Assembly: GCF_003057965.1 (NCBI RefSeq)
Contig: NZ_CP020921.1
Coordinates: forward strand, 514,916-546,915
Source: Thermodesulfobium acidiphilum
GTDB taxonomy: Bacteria > Thermodesulfobiota > Thermodesulfobiia > Thermodesulfobiales > Thermodesulfobiaceae
Direction of reading: 5' to 3'
DNA length: 32,000 nt
Positions 8,493 to 17,475 of this stretch are shown here, piece after piece. Position 1 is the first letter of the stretch; the number at the start of each line of letters is the position of its first letter. A program made the translations under genes and the position numbers. A model generated the notes under the pieces. The model was not told the origin of the DNA and did not search any database. It saw only the letters and a program-made list of their open reading frames with translations.

Positions 8493-10658
8493 TTATCTGT
8501 TTGTCCTTTTTTGTTTTCCTGAATGTTTGTTACTTTTAGAATCTGATGAATTTTCTGAAAGAGCCTTTATGCTTAAATTTATTTTTCCGTTGCTTTCAAG
8601 ATCAAGAACTTTCACTGTCACCTCATCTCCTAACTTTAAAACATCTTCAACGTTTTTGACTCTTGTTTTCGAGAGTTCAGAAATGTGGACCAGGCCCTCT
8701 TTTCCAGGAGCAATTTCAACAAGTGCTCCAAAGTTGAATATCTTAGTTACCTTTCCAATGTAAATCTGTCCTGGAACTATTGGTTTAGTTATGTTATTTA
8801 TGATTTCGATGGTTCTATTTAGACCTTCTCTGGAGGTAGATGCTATATAAATTTTACCATCTTGTTCAATACTGATCTTTGAGCCAGTTTCTTCTATGAT
8901 TTTCTTGATTATTTTTCCACCTTGCCCTATTACATCACTTATCTTATCCGGATTAATCTGAATCATTTCTATTCTTGGAGCATAGTTTGAAAGTACTTCT
9001 CTGGGATGTGATATAGCTTGATTCATTTTTTCTATGATTACCTTTCTGCCTTCATTTGCTTTTTTAAGCGCTATTGAAAGAGCGTCAATGGGTATACCAG
9101 GTACCTTTACGTCTAGTTGTAGCGCACTAACTCCGTCAATAGTTCCGGTAACCTTAAAATCCATATCCCCTAATGCATCTTCCAAACCAGTAATGTCAGA
9201 TAGAACAACAATTTCGTCATTTTCATAAATAAGTCCCATAGCTATTCCGCCAACGTGTTTTGAAATAGGAACACCTGCATCCATCAGAGATAAAGAAGAA
9301 CCGCATGTTGAAGCCATAGAAGATGAGCCATTTGATTCAAGTATTTCAGAGACAACTCTTATAGTGTAGGGAAAATCAGATTCTTTTGGTAAAACTGGCA
9401 ATAAAGCTTTTTCTGCCAGGGCACCATGGCCAATTTCTCTTCTTCCCGGCCCCCGTGATGGTCTTGCTTCACCTACGCTAAAACCTGGAAAATTATAATG
9501 ATGCATATATCTTTTTCTGATTTCATTGCTTGATTGATAAAGGGTATCTATTATCTGAGAATCTTCCTGTGTTCCCAGTGTTGCAATGCTAAGTGCCTGT
9601 GTTTGACCTCTGGTAAAAAGTGCTGAGCCATGTGCTCTTGGTAATAAACCCACTTGAATGGATATCGGTCTAATTTCATCTAAATTTCTACCATCAACTC
9701 TTTTTTTGTTTTTTATCACATAGTTTCTTATTATCTTTTTTAATCTATTTTGGAAAGCCTGGTTTATTAACAAGAGATTATTTTCTACAAATTCAGTACC
9801 AAATCTTTCAGACAAAGTAGACAAAATTTCGTCTTTTAATTCCTTTTCTAAATTTTCAAAATCCTGTTTTGTTTTGAGAGGAAATCTATCCGTGATGCTA
9901 CTCGTTAAAATAGAATCTAATGCGTTGATAATGTCTTCTGTTGGTTCTTGCAAATAGACTGAACTCTTAGTTGGATTTATTAAGGATATTAATTCTTTTT
10001 GAAGGTCGCATATTTTTGTTATTGCCGGGAGAGCATAATTAATTACTTCAATTATCTTATCTTCAGGGATCTCGTTAAAACTTCCTTCTATCATTAGAAT
10101 GTTGTTTTCTTTGCCTACTACTACGATATCTATGTCACTTTTTTCGATCTGATCAATTGTGGGGTTTAAAATGAACTTTTTGTCGATTTCGCCAACTCTA
10201 ACAGCGCCTACAGGTCCATTAAAAGGAATGTCTGAAATACATAAAGCTGCACTGGAAGCGATGATAGAAAGCACATCTGCTGGAAAATCATTATCTATCG
10301 AGAGGGGAAAGGAAGAGATACAGACATCATTTCTTAATCCTTTTTGAAACAACGGTCTGATAGATCTGTCTATAATTCTACTATACAGAATAGCTCTTTC
10401 GCTTGGTCTTCCTTCTCTTTTAAAAAACCCCCCAGGAAACTTTCCAGCAGCATACATCTTTTCATCAAAGTCAACTACCAGAGGCATGAAGTCTATATCA
10501 CTTCGGGCTTCTTTAGACATTGTTGCTGCACTAAAAACTATAGTATCTCCTGATCTAACAGTAACCGAACCGTTTGCTTGCTTTGCTAAAAGTCCCGTTT
10601 CAATATTTATAACTATGCCTTCTGCTATTTCTTTTGTGATACTGTGTACTCCGTTCAT
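8493..10658 (-). CDS. pnp: Polyribonucleotide nucleotidyltransferase (PNPase)
   Basis: 721 aa with duplicated RNase PH domains ('FMPLVVDFDEKMYAAGKFPGGFFKREGRPSERAILYSRIIDRSIRPLF', 'LPRAHGSALFTRGQTQALSIATLG'), KH ('ISDVIGQGGKIIKKIIEETG') and S1 ('GQIYIGKVTKIFNFGALVEIAPGKEGLVHISE'). Downstream of rpsO, as in many bacteria. Confidence 0.98.
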   Translation of the reverse strand: MNGVHSITKEIAEGIVINIETGLLAKQANGSVTVRSGDTIVFSAATMSKEARSDIDFMPLVVDFDEKMYAAGKFPGGFFKREGRPSERAILYSRIIDRSIRPLFQKGLRNDVCISSFPLSIDNDFPADVLSIIASSAALCISDIPFNGPVGAVRVGEIDKKFILNPTIDQIEKSDIDIVVVGKENNILMIEGSFNEIPEDKIIEVINYALPAITKICDLQKELISLINPTKSSVYLQEPTEDIINALDSILTSSITDRFPLKTKQDFENLEKELKDEILSTLSERFGTEFVENNLLLINQAFQNRLKKIIRNYVIKNKKRVDGRNLDEIRPISIQVGLLPRAHGSALFTRGQTQALSIATLGTQEDSQIIDTLYQSSNEIRKRYMHHYNFPGFSVGEARPSRGPGRREIGHGALAEKALLPVLPKESDFPYTIRVVSEILESNGSSSMASTCGSSLSLMDAGVPISKHVGGIAMGLIYENDEIVVLSDITGLEDALGDMDFKVTGTIDGVSALQLDVKVPGIPIDALSIALKKANEGRKVIIEKMNQAISHPREVLSNYAPRIEMIQINPDKISDVIGQGGKIIKKIIEETGSKISIEQDGKIYIASTSREGLNRTIEIINNITKPIVPGQIYIGKVTKIFNFGALVEIAPGKEGLVHISELSKTRVKNVEDVLKLGDEVTVKVLDLESNGKINLSIKALSENSSDSKSNKHSGKQKRTNR

Positions 10659-10930
10659 TATGCAGTTTCTCTAAGACCAAGTTTGCCGATCAGCTTTCTA
10701 TATCTATTTATATCTTTATTCTTCACATAAGATAACAATCTCTTTCTTTGGTTTACCATCTTTAAAAGCCCTCTTTTTGAGTGAAGGTCGTTTTTGTGTT
10801 CTTTTAAATGCTCTGTAAGTTTTTCAATGCGATAGGTTAATATCGCTACCTGTACTTCTGCCGAACCAGTGTCATTCTCATGCAGGCCAAAATCTTCTAT
10901 TACCTTTTTCTTAAGTTCTTTGTCTAGCAT
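10658..10930 (-). CDS. rpsO: 30S ribosomal protein S15
   Basis: '[74 protein letters not shown]'. SD AGGAGG at 10935-10940. Confidence 0.98.
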   Translation of the reverse strand: MLDKELKKKVIEDFGLHENDTGSAEVQVAILTYRIEKLTEHLKEHKNDLHSKRGLLKMVNQRKRLLSYVKNKDINRYRKLIGKLGLRETA

Positions 10931-10957
10931 AAAATCCTCCTTTAAATAATAAATCCA

Positions 10958-11000
10958 CTATCTGAGCATTGCCCATTGTTATCCCGCAATGCCCAGACAG
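10958..11000 (-). promoter_or_regulatory. Long imperfect hairpin in the rpsO 5' leader; candidate S15 autoregulatory element
   Basis: Minus strand 5'-CTGTCTGGGCATTGC-(GGGATAACAATGG)-GCAATGCTCAGATAG-3': 15-bp stem (two G-U wobbles) with a 13-nt loop, ending 18 nt before the rpsO SD. Confidence 0.6.
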
Positions 11001-11027
11001 GGTAAGTTTGATAACTTTATGATAATA

Positions 11028-11056
11028 TTGAGTAGTCAAACATTCAAAACTATTCT
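11028..11056 (+). promoter_or_regulatory. Candidate sigma-70-type promoter for the 11101 gene cluster
   Basis: TTGAGT (11028-11033) - 17 nt - TATTCT (11051-11056), upstream of the first plus-strand gene of the divergent pair. Each box matches consensus at 4/6 positions. Confidence 0.35.
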
Positions 11057-11100
11057 ATCATAAATGTGTAATATTCAAAAAGTGAGGAGTATATTATATA

Positions 11101-11505
11101 TTGATTTTAGGAATCGATGTTGGAAGTTGTAAAATTGGTTATGCAATTTTAGATGATAAGTATAATGTTTTTTCAAAAGGGATAATACTACTTAATGACT
11201 TCAAAAAAGAGTTTTTAAAATTTATAAAAAGTTATGAGATTGAAGTTGTTGCTGTTGGAAGTGGAACTGGGCATAAAAAGGTGATGGAGTTAATAGATGA
11301 GCTCAATTTGGATTTAAAAGTTGTGATAATATCAGAAAGAAATACTTCGGTACAAGCCAAATGGAGATATATTAATTCGCTAAAAGGATTCAAAGGTTTT
11401 TTTTGTAAGTTTTTTGGATATTTGGATAAGCCAGTTGATGACATTTCAGCTGTAATAATAGCTGAAAGATACTTAAATGAAAAGAGGAAAAAGAGTGAGA
11501 CCTGA
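11101..11505 (+). CDS. RuvC-like / RNase H-fold protein of unknown specific function
   Basis: N-terminal '[29 protein letters not shown]', '[17 protein letters not shown]' and C-terminal acidic '[17 protein letters not shown]' fit the RNase H/YqgF-RuvC-like fold. TTG start; GAGGAG upstream. Confidence 0.6.
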   Translation: MILGIDVGSCKIGYAILDDKYNVFSKGIILLNDFKKEFLKFIKSYEIEVVAVGSGTGHKKVMELIDELNLDLKVVIISERNTSVQAKWRYINSLKGFKGFFCKFFGYLDKPVDDISAVIIAERYLNEKRKKSET

Positions 11506-11953
11506 TTGGGATTCTTATTTTATGAAAATAGCTTTTTTAGTTGCTACGCGCTCAACTTGTATAAGAAGAAGAGTGGGAGCTGTTATTGTAAAGGAAAAAA
11601 GGATATTGTCAACTGGTTATAACGGTGCTCCTTCAGGACTATTGCACTGTTTTGATATTGGCTGTTTGAGAGATAAGATGAACATTCCTTCTGGTGAGAG
11701 ACAGGAACTTTGTAGAGGATTGCATGCTGAGCAAAATGCAATAATTCAGGGTGCTATGTATGGAGTAAGTCTTATGGGTTCTACAATATACATTACGAAT
11801 CAGCCATGTATAACCTGTGCAAAAATGCTTATCCAGGCAGGGATAGTTAAAATAGTTTATCAGGGCGATTACCCTGATAAACTTGCTTTAGAGATGTTGG
11901 ATGAAGCTGGAGTAGAAATTATAAAATTTATTCCTGATAACAAAGAGGTGTAG
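11477..11953 (+). CDS. dCMP deaminase family protein (ComEB-like cytidine/deoxycytidylate deaminase)
   Basis: '[47 protein letters not shown]', zinc motifs '[11 protein letters not shown]' and '[13 protein letters not shown]'. Confidence 0.93.
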   Translation: MKRGKRVRPDWDSYFMKIAFLVATRSTCIRRRVGAVIVKEKRILSTGYNGAPSGLLHCFDIGCLRDKMNIPSGERQELCRGLHAEQNAIIQGAMYGVSLMGSTIYITNQPCITCAKMLIQAGIVKIVYQGDYPDKLALEMLDEAGVEIIKFIPDNKEV

Positions 11954-11959
11954 TTTATC

Positions 11960-12979
11960 TTGTTGTTTCTTATATGTCTGTTTTCTTTTTTTCTTTCACT
12001 CTTGAACACTAAATTTGTAATTTTTTTATCTGAAAAATTGGAAATTTACGATAAGCCTGATAAGAGAAAGATTCACAGTAAATTAACATCCCGCCTTGGA
12101 GGATTTGGATTTTTTGTACCTTTTCTAATTACATTATTCTTATACTCCCTTTTGGTAAAGGGATTTGAAATTACTGATTTCCTGATTTGCGTTTTTCCAA
12201 TATTTTTCCTTGGGCTATATGACGATCTTTTTGGAATTAATCCTATTATAAAATTAGCAGCCCAAATTTTTGCCTCGTTTATAGCTTTTAATTTAGGTTT
12301 TCGAATAGACTATATTTATTTTCCATTTGTAGGGTATCTTTTTTTTGGAGGATTGTCGTTGTTTTTGACAATTTTTTGGCTTGTAGGGTTATCTAATGCG
12401 CTAAATTTGGTAGATGGTATGGATGGCTTGGCATCGGGAGTTGCTATTTTAATACTTTTATCAATGGCAATAGTTTCTTATGTTCTGGATAGAAATTTTG
12501 TTTTTATAATTTCGATAATACTTTTGTTTTCTATGACAGGTTTTTTTGTTTTCAATATAAATCCTGCTAGAATATTTATGGGAGATAGTGGCTCCTTGAC
12601 TGTGGGTTTTATAATTGGTCTAATCTCTATTAGTGGGTTTATGAAGGGCCTTACACTTGTAACGCTATTTTCAATTATTATTATGCTAATAATCCCTGTT
12701 GCAGATACTTTTTGGGCTATTATAAGAAGATCGGTATCTGGAAGATCAATTTTTTCACCTGATAAAGGTCACTTTCATCATATGCTTTTGGAAAAGGGCT
12801 GGAGTGTAAGGAAGATCAATTCTTTGTTTAGAGGAATCACTGTAATGGGATCTCTGGTATTCTTTTTTGTCTTTTTGCCTCAAGAATATTTTTTGTTTAC
12901 AGCTTCTTTTTTGATTTTTGGTTATCTATTTTTATTTTTACTTGAATCTATTGTTATTGGAGTGAGAAAAAGTGCTTAA
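11960..12979 (+). CDS. Polyprenyl-phosphate N-acetylhexosaminyl-1-phosphate transferase (MraY/WecA/TagO family)
   Basis: 'DKPDKRKIHSKLTSRLGGFGFF', 'LVGLSNALNLVDGMDGLASG', 'FNINPARIFMGDSGSLTVGF' and 'DKGHFHHMLLEKGWS'; many TM helices. Confidence 0.93.
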   Translation: MLFLICLFSFFLSLLNTKFVIFLSEKLEIYDKPDKRKIHSKLTSRLGGFGFFVPFLITLFLYSLLVKGFEITDFLICVFPIFFLGLYDDLFGINPIIKLAAQIFASFIAFNLGFRIDYIYFPFVGYLFFGGLSLFLTIFWLVGLSNALNLVDGMDGLASGVAILILLSMAIVSYVLDRNFVFIISIILLFSMTGFFVFNINPARIFMGDSGSLTVGFIIGLISISGFMKGLTLVTLFSIIIMLIIPVADTFWAIIRRSVSGRSIFSPDKGHFHHMLLEKGWSVRKINSLFRGITVMGSLVFFFVFLPQEYFLFTASFLIFGYLFLFLLESIVIGVRKSA

Positions 12980-14141
12980 AGCTTTGCTGATTTTTGGGAC
13001 TAGACCTGAAGCTATTAAAATGGCTCCTCTTTTTTTGGAATTAAAGAACTCGAAGTACTTTGAACCTGTCGTGGTTGTTACTGCTCAGCACAGAGAAATG
13101 CTAGATCAGGTTTTGAAAATATTTAATATTGAACCAGATTTTGATCTTGACATAATGAAACCGGGTCAGAGCCTTGAAGGAATAACTATTAGAGCATTGG
13201 AAGGTTTATGTAATATTATGAAGAGGGTTAATCCATCTATTGTTCTTGTTCAGGGAGATACAACGACCACTTATGTGGGAGCATTAGCAGCATTTTATCA
13301 CAGAATAGCAGTTGGACATGTAGAGGCAGGTTTGAGAACTTATGATAAATTCAACCCTTATCCTGAAGAAGTTAATAGAAGGATGACTACCTGTCTTGCT
13401 GATTTACATTTTGCACCTACTATTATTTCTTTTAATAACCTGATCAAGGAAAATGTCAAAAAGGAAGATATATTTATAACCGGGAATACCGTTATAGATT
13501 CTTTACTTCATATATCTAAAAGAGATTATGATTTTCCTCCAATTTTAAATTCAATAATAAATTCTCCTTTAAGAAAGATTTTAGTTACTGCTCATAGAAG
13601 AGAAAATTGGGATGAAATGAAAAATATTTTTCATGCAATAAAAAAGTTAGTTGAGAGCTTTGACGACATACATATAATTTTTCCTGTACATATGAACCCA
13701 AAAATAAGAGTTGATGCTCAAAATATTTTGGGCAATAATTCAAGAGTATCTTTGCTTGAACCCCTTGACTATGAAGCTTTTATACATGTTATGAAAAACT
13801 GTTACATCATACTTACAGATTCTGGAGGCGTTCAAGAAGAAGCCCCCTCTCTTGGTGTTCCTGTGGTCGTTATGAGAAAGACTACAGAGAGACCTGAGGC
13901 GCTCAAGGCAAATGCAGTTGTTTTAAGCGGAACTGATGGAGAAAAAATTTACAATACTGCAGCTAAACTCTTGAGTGATAAAACTTTTTATCTTTCTATG
14001 AAAAAGAAGCTCAACCCCTATGGAGATGGGAGAGCTTCTTTTAGAATTTTGAAATCTCTAGAATATTTTTTTAAACTTAGCTCAGAAAGGCCTGTTGATT
14101 TTAGATACAATTATGAAGATGGTTTACTATTAGAAACCTAA
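12972..14141 (+). CDS. wecB: UDP-N-acetylglucosamine 2-epimerase (non-hydrolysing)
   Basis: 'LLIFGTRPEAIKMAPLFLEL', 'VVTAQHREMLDQVL', 'VQGDTTTTYVGALAAFY...VGHVEAGLRTYDKFNPYPEEVNRR', 'LTDSGGVQEEAPSLGVPVVVMRKTTERPE'. Confidence 0.95.
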   Translation: MLKALLIFGTRPEAIKMAPLFLELKNSKYFEPVVVVTAQHREMLDQVLKIFNIEPDFDLDIMKPGQSLEGITIRALEGLCNIMKRVNPSIVLVQGDTTTTYVGALAAFYHRIAVGHVEAGLRTYDKFNPYPEEVNRRMTTCLADLHFAPTIISFNNLIKENVKKEDIFITGNTVIDSLLHISKRDYDFPPILNSIINSPLRKILVTAHRRENWDEMKNIFHAIKKLVESFDDIHIIFPVHMNPKIRVDAQNILGNNSRVSLLEPLDYEAFIHVMKNCYIILTDSGGVQEEAPSLGVPVVVMRKTTERPEALKANAVVLSGTDGEKIYNTAAKLLSDKTFYLSMKKKLNPYGDGRASFRILKSLEYFFKLSSERPVDFRYNYEDGLLLET

Positions 14142-14771
14142 ATGTTCGTTAATTATAAAAACGCTAAATGGGGTTAGAGTTGGTCTCTTCTTTAATATAG
14201 TGGTAATATTACATATCCTTGTCGGTCCTTGACAATCCATACATTCACCTGTTACAGTACAGGGGTTTGGTCTATTTAACCTCTTATTGTTTATTGGTGC
14301 CGCTATTGTTTTGATTCTTTTTCTTGCTTCTTCTTCATCCTTAACTATTTTATTTGTGCCGGCTATTATTATTACCTGTTTAGGTCCAAATATCATTGAA
14401 GCAACCCTGTTTCCAACTCCATCAGTATTTACAAGTTTTCCATCAAGCGTTATTGCATTGGAACTTGCTATAAATGTATCGCAGGTAAGCTGTTTTCTTC
14501 TTAAGTTTAATACTTCTTCTGGTGAAAGATTTGGCTTATTGTGATCTAAGATTGTATTGCCTCTCTTTGCCAGGATATCCAATATGCCCAGGTTTTGTAC
14601 AGTTGTTGAGCCTCCTACTCCTATAACATCTTTGTCTGGAATAATTTCTAAAAGTTTATTTATTAACTCTTCTCTGGTATTAAAGAAATCAGCATTAAAA
14701 TTATTTTTTTTTAAAGCTTCTACAGCTCTTTTGCCAAATACTTCACCATGCCACTTCAGATTTGGATCCAT
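14130..14771 (-). CDS. LUD-domain protein (LutC/YkgG-like, DUF162 type)
   Basis: 'VIGVGGSTTVQNLGILDILAKRGNTILDH', 'DTFIASSNAITLDGKLVNTDGVGNRVASMIFGPKQVIIIAGTNKIV' and Cys-rich 'CTVTGECMDCQGPTRICN'. Start chosen at MDPNLKWHG; the track's upstream start at 14792 is also possible. Confidence 0.85.
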   Translation of the reverse strand: MDPNLKWHGEVFGKRAVEALKKNNFNADFFNTREELINKLLEIIPDKDVIGVGGSTTVQNLGILDILAKRGNTILDHNKPNLSPEEVLNLRRKQLTCDTFIASSNAITLDGKLVNTDGVGNRVASMIFGPKQVIIIAGTNKIVKDEEEARKRIKTIAAPINNKRLNRPNPCTVTGECMDCQGPTRICNITTILKKRPTLTPFSVFIINEHLGF

Positions 14772-15056
14772 TTTTTCTTTCCTCCATTTCAAAAAATTTT
14801 GATATTATACTAAAATGATACCATCAAATTACTATTTAAGTTACATTGCTCAGTTTTTATTTAATTTTTATATTATAAATATTCAAAAATACCTATTAAT
14901 TTAATTTGTGATATAAATTATTTATTTGTATAAATCTTTTTTATTTAGAAAATTAAGACTTTTCTGACAGAACTAGTGACATATGAGATTGGTGAAACTA
15001 AAATATTTATTTAGTAATTGGAATTTGAAGTGTTTAGTGAAAGTATAATTTTATTA

Positions 15057-15090
15057 TTGACATGATAAGGAAAATCTATTAATCTATAAA
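15057..15090 (+). promoter_or_regulatory. Candidate promoter upstream of the ATP synthase operon
   Basis: Perfect TTGACA at 15057-15062; -10 assignment is ambiguous (TAATCT at 17-nt spacing, or TATAAA at 22 nt). Lies in the ~300-bp intergenic region before the operon. Confidence 0.35.
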
Positions 15091-15108
15091 TGATTTTTGT
15101 AAGTAGGG

Positions 15109-15327
15109 GTGAATAATATAAAAAACAATAAAGGAAAACAAAATTTGCCCCTACACGTTGCTCAATTAGGTTTTAATGTTTTAGGAACTACATTAGGAGG
15201 GTTGTTGCTAGGGTGGTTTTTACAGGAAAAAATGGGCTTTGGATTAGTAGGTTTTTTATTTGGGCTTTTGTTGGGCGTTTTTTCAGGTCTGTGGATCATA
15301 TTAAAACAAATCTTAGTTCAAAAATGA
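15109..15327 (+). CDS. AtpI/AtpZ-type small membrane protein of the ATP synthase operon
   Basis: 72 aa with two TM helices: 'VAQLGFNVLGTTLGGLLLGWFLQEKMGFGLVGFLFGLLLGVFSGLWIILKQI'. Position immediately upstream of atpB. Exact start uncertain. Confidence 0.75.
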   Translation: MNNIKNNKGKQNLPLHVAQLGFNVLGTTLGGLLLGWFLQEKMGFGLVGFLFGLLLGVFSGLWIILKQILVQK

Positions 15328-15343
15328 AAGGGGGTGAAGAAGG

Positions 15344-16099
15344 TTGCATATTGCTGAAGAATTTATGTTGCACAAAATTATACCTATAAACATTGGTGGA
15401 TTTGATCTTAGTATTACCCAGGCAGTTTTGTGGATGTGGATAGCTTCTATAATTATGATGTTGTATTTGATTTATTGTAGCAGAAGTATGACTGTAGTAC
15501 CGTCTAACAGACTTGTTACTTTGTTTGAAGTACTTATAGATTTTGTTAGGAAAGATTTAGTAGAAAGTTTTATGCACGGAAAAGATGTTGAAAGGTTTTT
15601 TCCTTTAATAGCCTCAATATTTTTCTTTATCTTTGCATCAAATTTTATAGGAATTATTCCAGGTACTTATACTCCTACTGCTAACATTAATACAACCGCT
15701 ATACTTGCAATATTCGTGTTTATACTTTATAACGTTTTGGGAGTATTTAGAAATGGTTTAGTCGGATATTTAAAAAGTATAGTTGTCCCTGGTCTTCCTG
15801 CTCCTATTATTCCGGTTGTTTTTGTCATAGAGGTATTTAGCCACTTTGCAAGGCCTCTTTCATTGGCAATAAGGTTATTTGCCAATATGATGGCTGGACA
15901 CATTATAATCGGTGTTTTGATTTATCTTGCACTGCTTGCGACAGGAGCATTTATGGGTGGCATAATGCTCGGGTCTGTTTCTTTCGCTGCTTCTGTGGGA
16001 ATGTATTTCTTGGAAGTTTTTGTAAAATCACTTCAAGCGATAATCTTTGCTGTTTTAACATCAATGTATATTGCTGGTGCTGTTGCACCTGAACATTAG
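15344..16099 (+). CDS. atpB: F0F1 ATP synthase subunit a
   Basis: 'VVFVIEVFSHFARPLSLAIRLFANMMAGHIIIGVL' with the essential Arg; canonical operon position. TTG start with GGGGGTG upstream. Confidence 0.96.
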   Translation: MHIAEEFMLHKIIPINIGGFDLSITQAVLWMWIASIIMMLYLIYCSRSMTVVPSNRLVTLFEVLIDFVRKDLVESFMHGKDVERFFPLIASIFFFIFASNFIGIIPGTYTPTANINTTAILAIFVFILYNVLGVFRNGLVGYLKSIVVPGLPAPIIPVVFVIEVFSHFARPLSLAIRLFANMMAGHIIIGVLIYLALLATGAFMGGIMLGSVSFAASVGMYFLEVFVKSLQAIIFAVLTSMYIAGAVAPEH

Positions 16100-16145
16100 T
16101 TTTTGTTTCACAACTTTAATTAAAAATTTTTGGAGGTGTTTTTAA

Positions 16146-16397
16146 ATGGATGCAGTAAGTATAAATCTTGGTTTGGCTCAGTTGGGCGCAGGTGTTGCTA
16201 TTGGATTTGCCGCTGCTGGTGGTGGCGCAGGTATGGGTATTTTAGGTGGATATTTTTTGACCGCTCTTGCAAGACAGCCAGAACTTCTTGGACCGCTACG
16301 TACCTATATGATTTTGGTATTGGTCTTTATTGAAGCTCAGGTTCTTTATGGTTTTACTGTTTCTATGATCCTTTTGTTTGCAGCTCCTAAGCACTAG
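16146..16397 (+). CDS. atpE: F0F1 ATP synthase subunit c
   Basis: Two-helix proteolipid 'AGVAIGFAAAGGGAGMGILGGYFLTALARQPELLGPLRTYMILVLVFIEAQVLYGFTVSMILLFA'; RQPE loop and helix-2 Glu. Confidence 0.97.
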   Translation: MDAVSINLGLAQLGAGVAIGFAAAGGGAGMGILGGYFLTALARQPELLGPLRTYMILVLVFIEAQVLYGFTVSMILLFAAPKH

Positions 16398-16428
16398 TCT
16401 TTTATTCTTTTAAGGGAGATCTAAAAAA

Positions 16429-16914
16429 ATGATGAATTTTGAATTTGGACTAGAGTTCTGGACTATTGTCTCCTTTCTAATATTCTTCTTTTTATTTGTA
16501 AAATTTGTTGTTCCACCAATAAACAGTGCACTTAAAGAGAGAGAAAAAGCTATCGCAGGTGCAATAGAACAGGCTCGAAAGGAAAGGGAAGAAGCGGAAA
16601 AACTCTTGCAGGAGTCAAAAAGAGAACTTGAAGAAACAAAGGCTCGTTCTTCAAAAATTGTAGAAGAAGCAAGAGCGTATGCTGAAGAGGTCAAAAAGGA
16701 TATTATCCAAAAAGCTAAAGAAGAGGCGCAAAAAATAGTTGATAGTGCTGCCAAAGACCTTGAAAGGGCTAAGGCAGAGGTTATAGCAGAACTTAAGGTT
16801 GAGGTTGTTAATCTTACTATTTCGCTTACAGAAAAGCTCCTTGAGAAAGAATTGGATAAAAATGCGCAGACAAAATTCGTAACAGAATATTTACAGAAAA
16901 TAGGTAAGAATTAG
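16429..16914 (+). CDS. atpF: F0F1 ATP synthase subunit b
   Basis: Single N-terminal TM then a long charged coiled coil ('FVKFVVPPINSALKEREKAIAGAIEQARKEREEAEKLLQ'). Confidence 0.95.
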   Translation: MMNFEFGLEFWTIVSFLIFFFLFVKFVVPPINSALKEREKAIAGAIEQARKEREEAEKLLQESKRELEETKARSSKIVEEARAYAEEVKKDIIQKAKEEAQKIVDSAAKDLERAKAEVIAELKVEVVNLTISLTEKLLEKELDKNAQTKFVTEYLQKIGKN

Positions 16915-16915
16915 A

Positions 16916-17458
16916 ATGAGCAGTAACTATGTTTTAGCCAAAAGATACGCAAGAGCTTTTTTGTCTATTCTCAAGGAAAACAAGAGAAGCCTGCAAGATG
17001 TTGTTGACGAAACAAAAACCCTTCTTAAGAGCTTTAAAGAAACAGGACTTGATAAGATAATCTTAAATCCTGTTCTAGATCTTGGTACCAAGAAGGAGTT
17101 AATCGAACCTTTAAAAAACAATATTTCAAGTGATATTTTTTCTTTGCTAGAATTTCTTATAGATAAAAATAGATTTTTTTTACTTCCTTTTATACTCCAA
17201 TCTTTAGAGGAGACTTTGAATGAAGAAAGTGGAAGAATTGTTGCCAATCTTGAAGTGGCCACTCCATTAACTGACGAATTAAAATCAAAATTTATAGAGT
17301 ACTTTAAGAAGAAATTTAATGCTAAAACAGTAGATATTGTAGAAGTTGTTAACGAAAAGATTATTGGTGGTTTTAGAGCAAAGATTGGAGATTATCTTAT
17401 TGATGCAAGTATTAAGGGGTCCTTGGATAAGGCCAAGAGACTTCTTTTAACCAATTGA
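16916..17458 (+). CDS. atpH: F0F1 ATP synthase subunit delta
   Basis: '[18 protein letters not shown]...' and C-terminal '[33 protein letters not shown]'. Confidence 0.95.
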   Translation: MSSNYVLAKRYARAFLSILKENKRSLQDVVDETKTLLKSFKETGLDKIILNPVLDLGTKKELIEPLKNNISSDIFSLLEFLIDKNRFFLLPFILQSLEETLNEESGRIVANLEVATPLTDELKSKFIEYFKKKFNAKTVDIVEVVNEKIIGGFRAKIGDYLIDASIKGSLDKAKRLLLTN

Positions 17459-17475
17459 AGGGAGGTGTTGTTTTT

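Noticed and set aside
14800-15108. Possible small gene or mobile remnant in the ~300-bp AT-rich gap before the ATP operon
   Set aside because: No ORF, inverted repeats or target-site duplication seen; treated as a promoter/leader region only.
16130-16333. Alternative-frame ORF over atpE
   Set aside because: Out-of-frame reading of the conserved c-subunit gene; Trp/Cys-rich shadow peptide.
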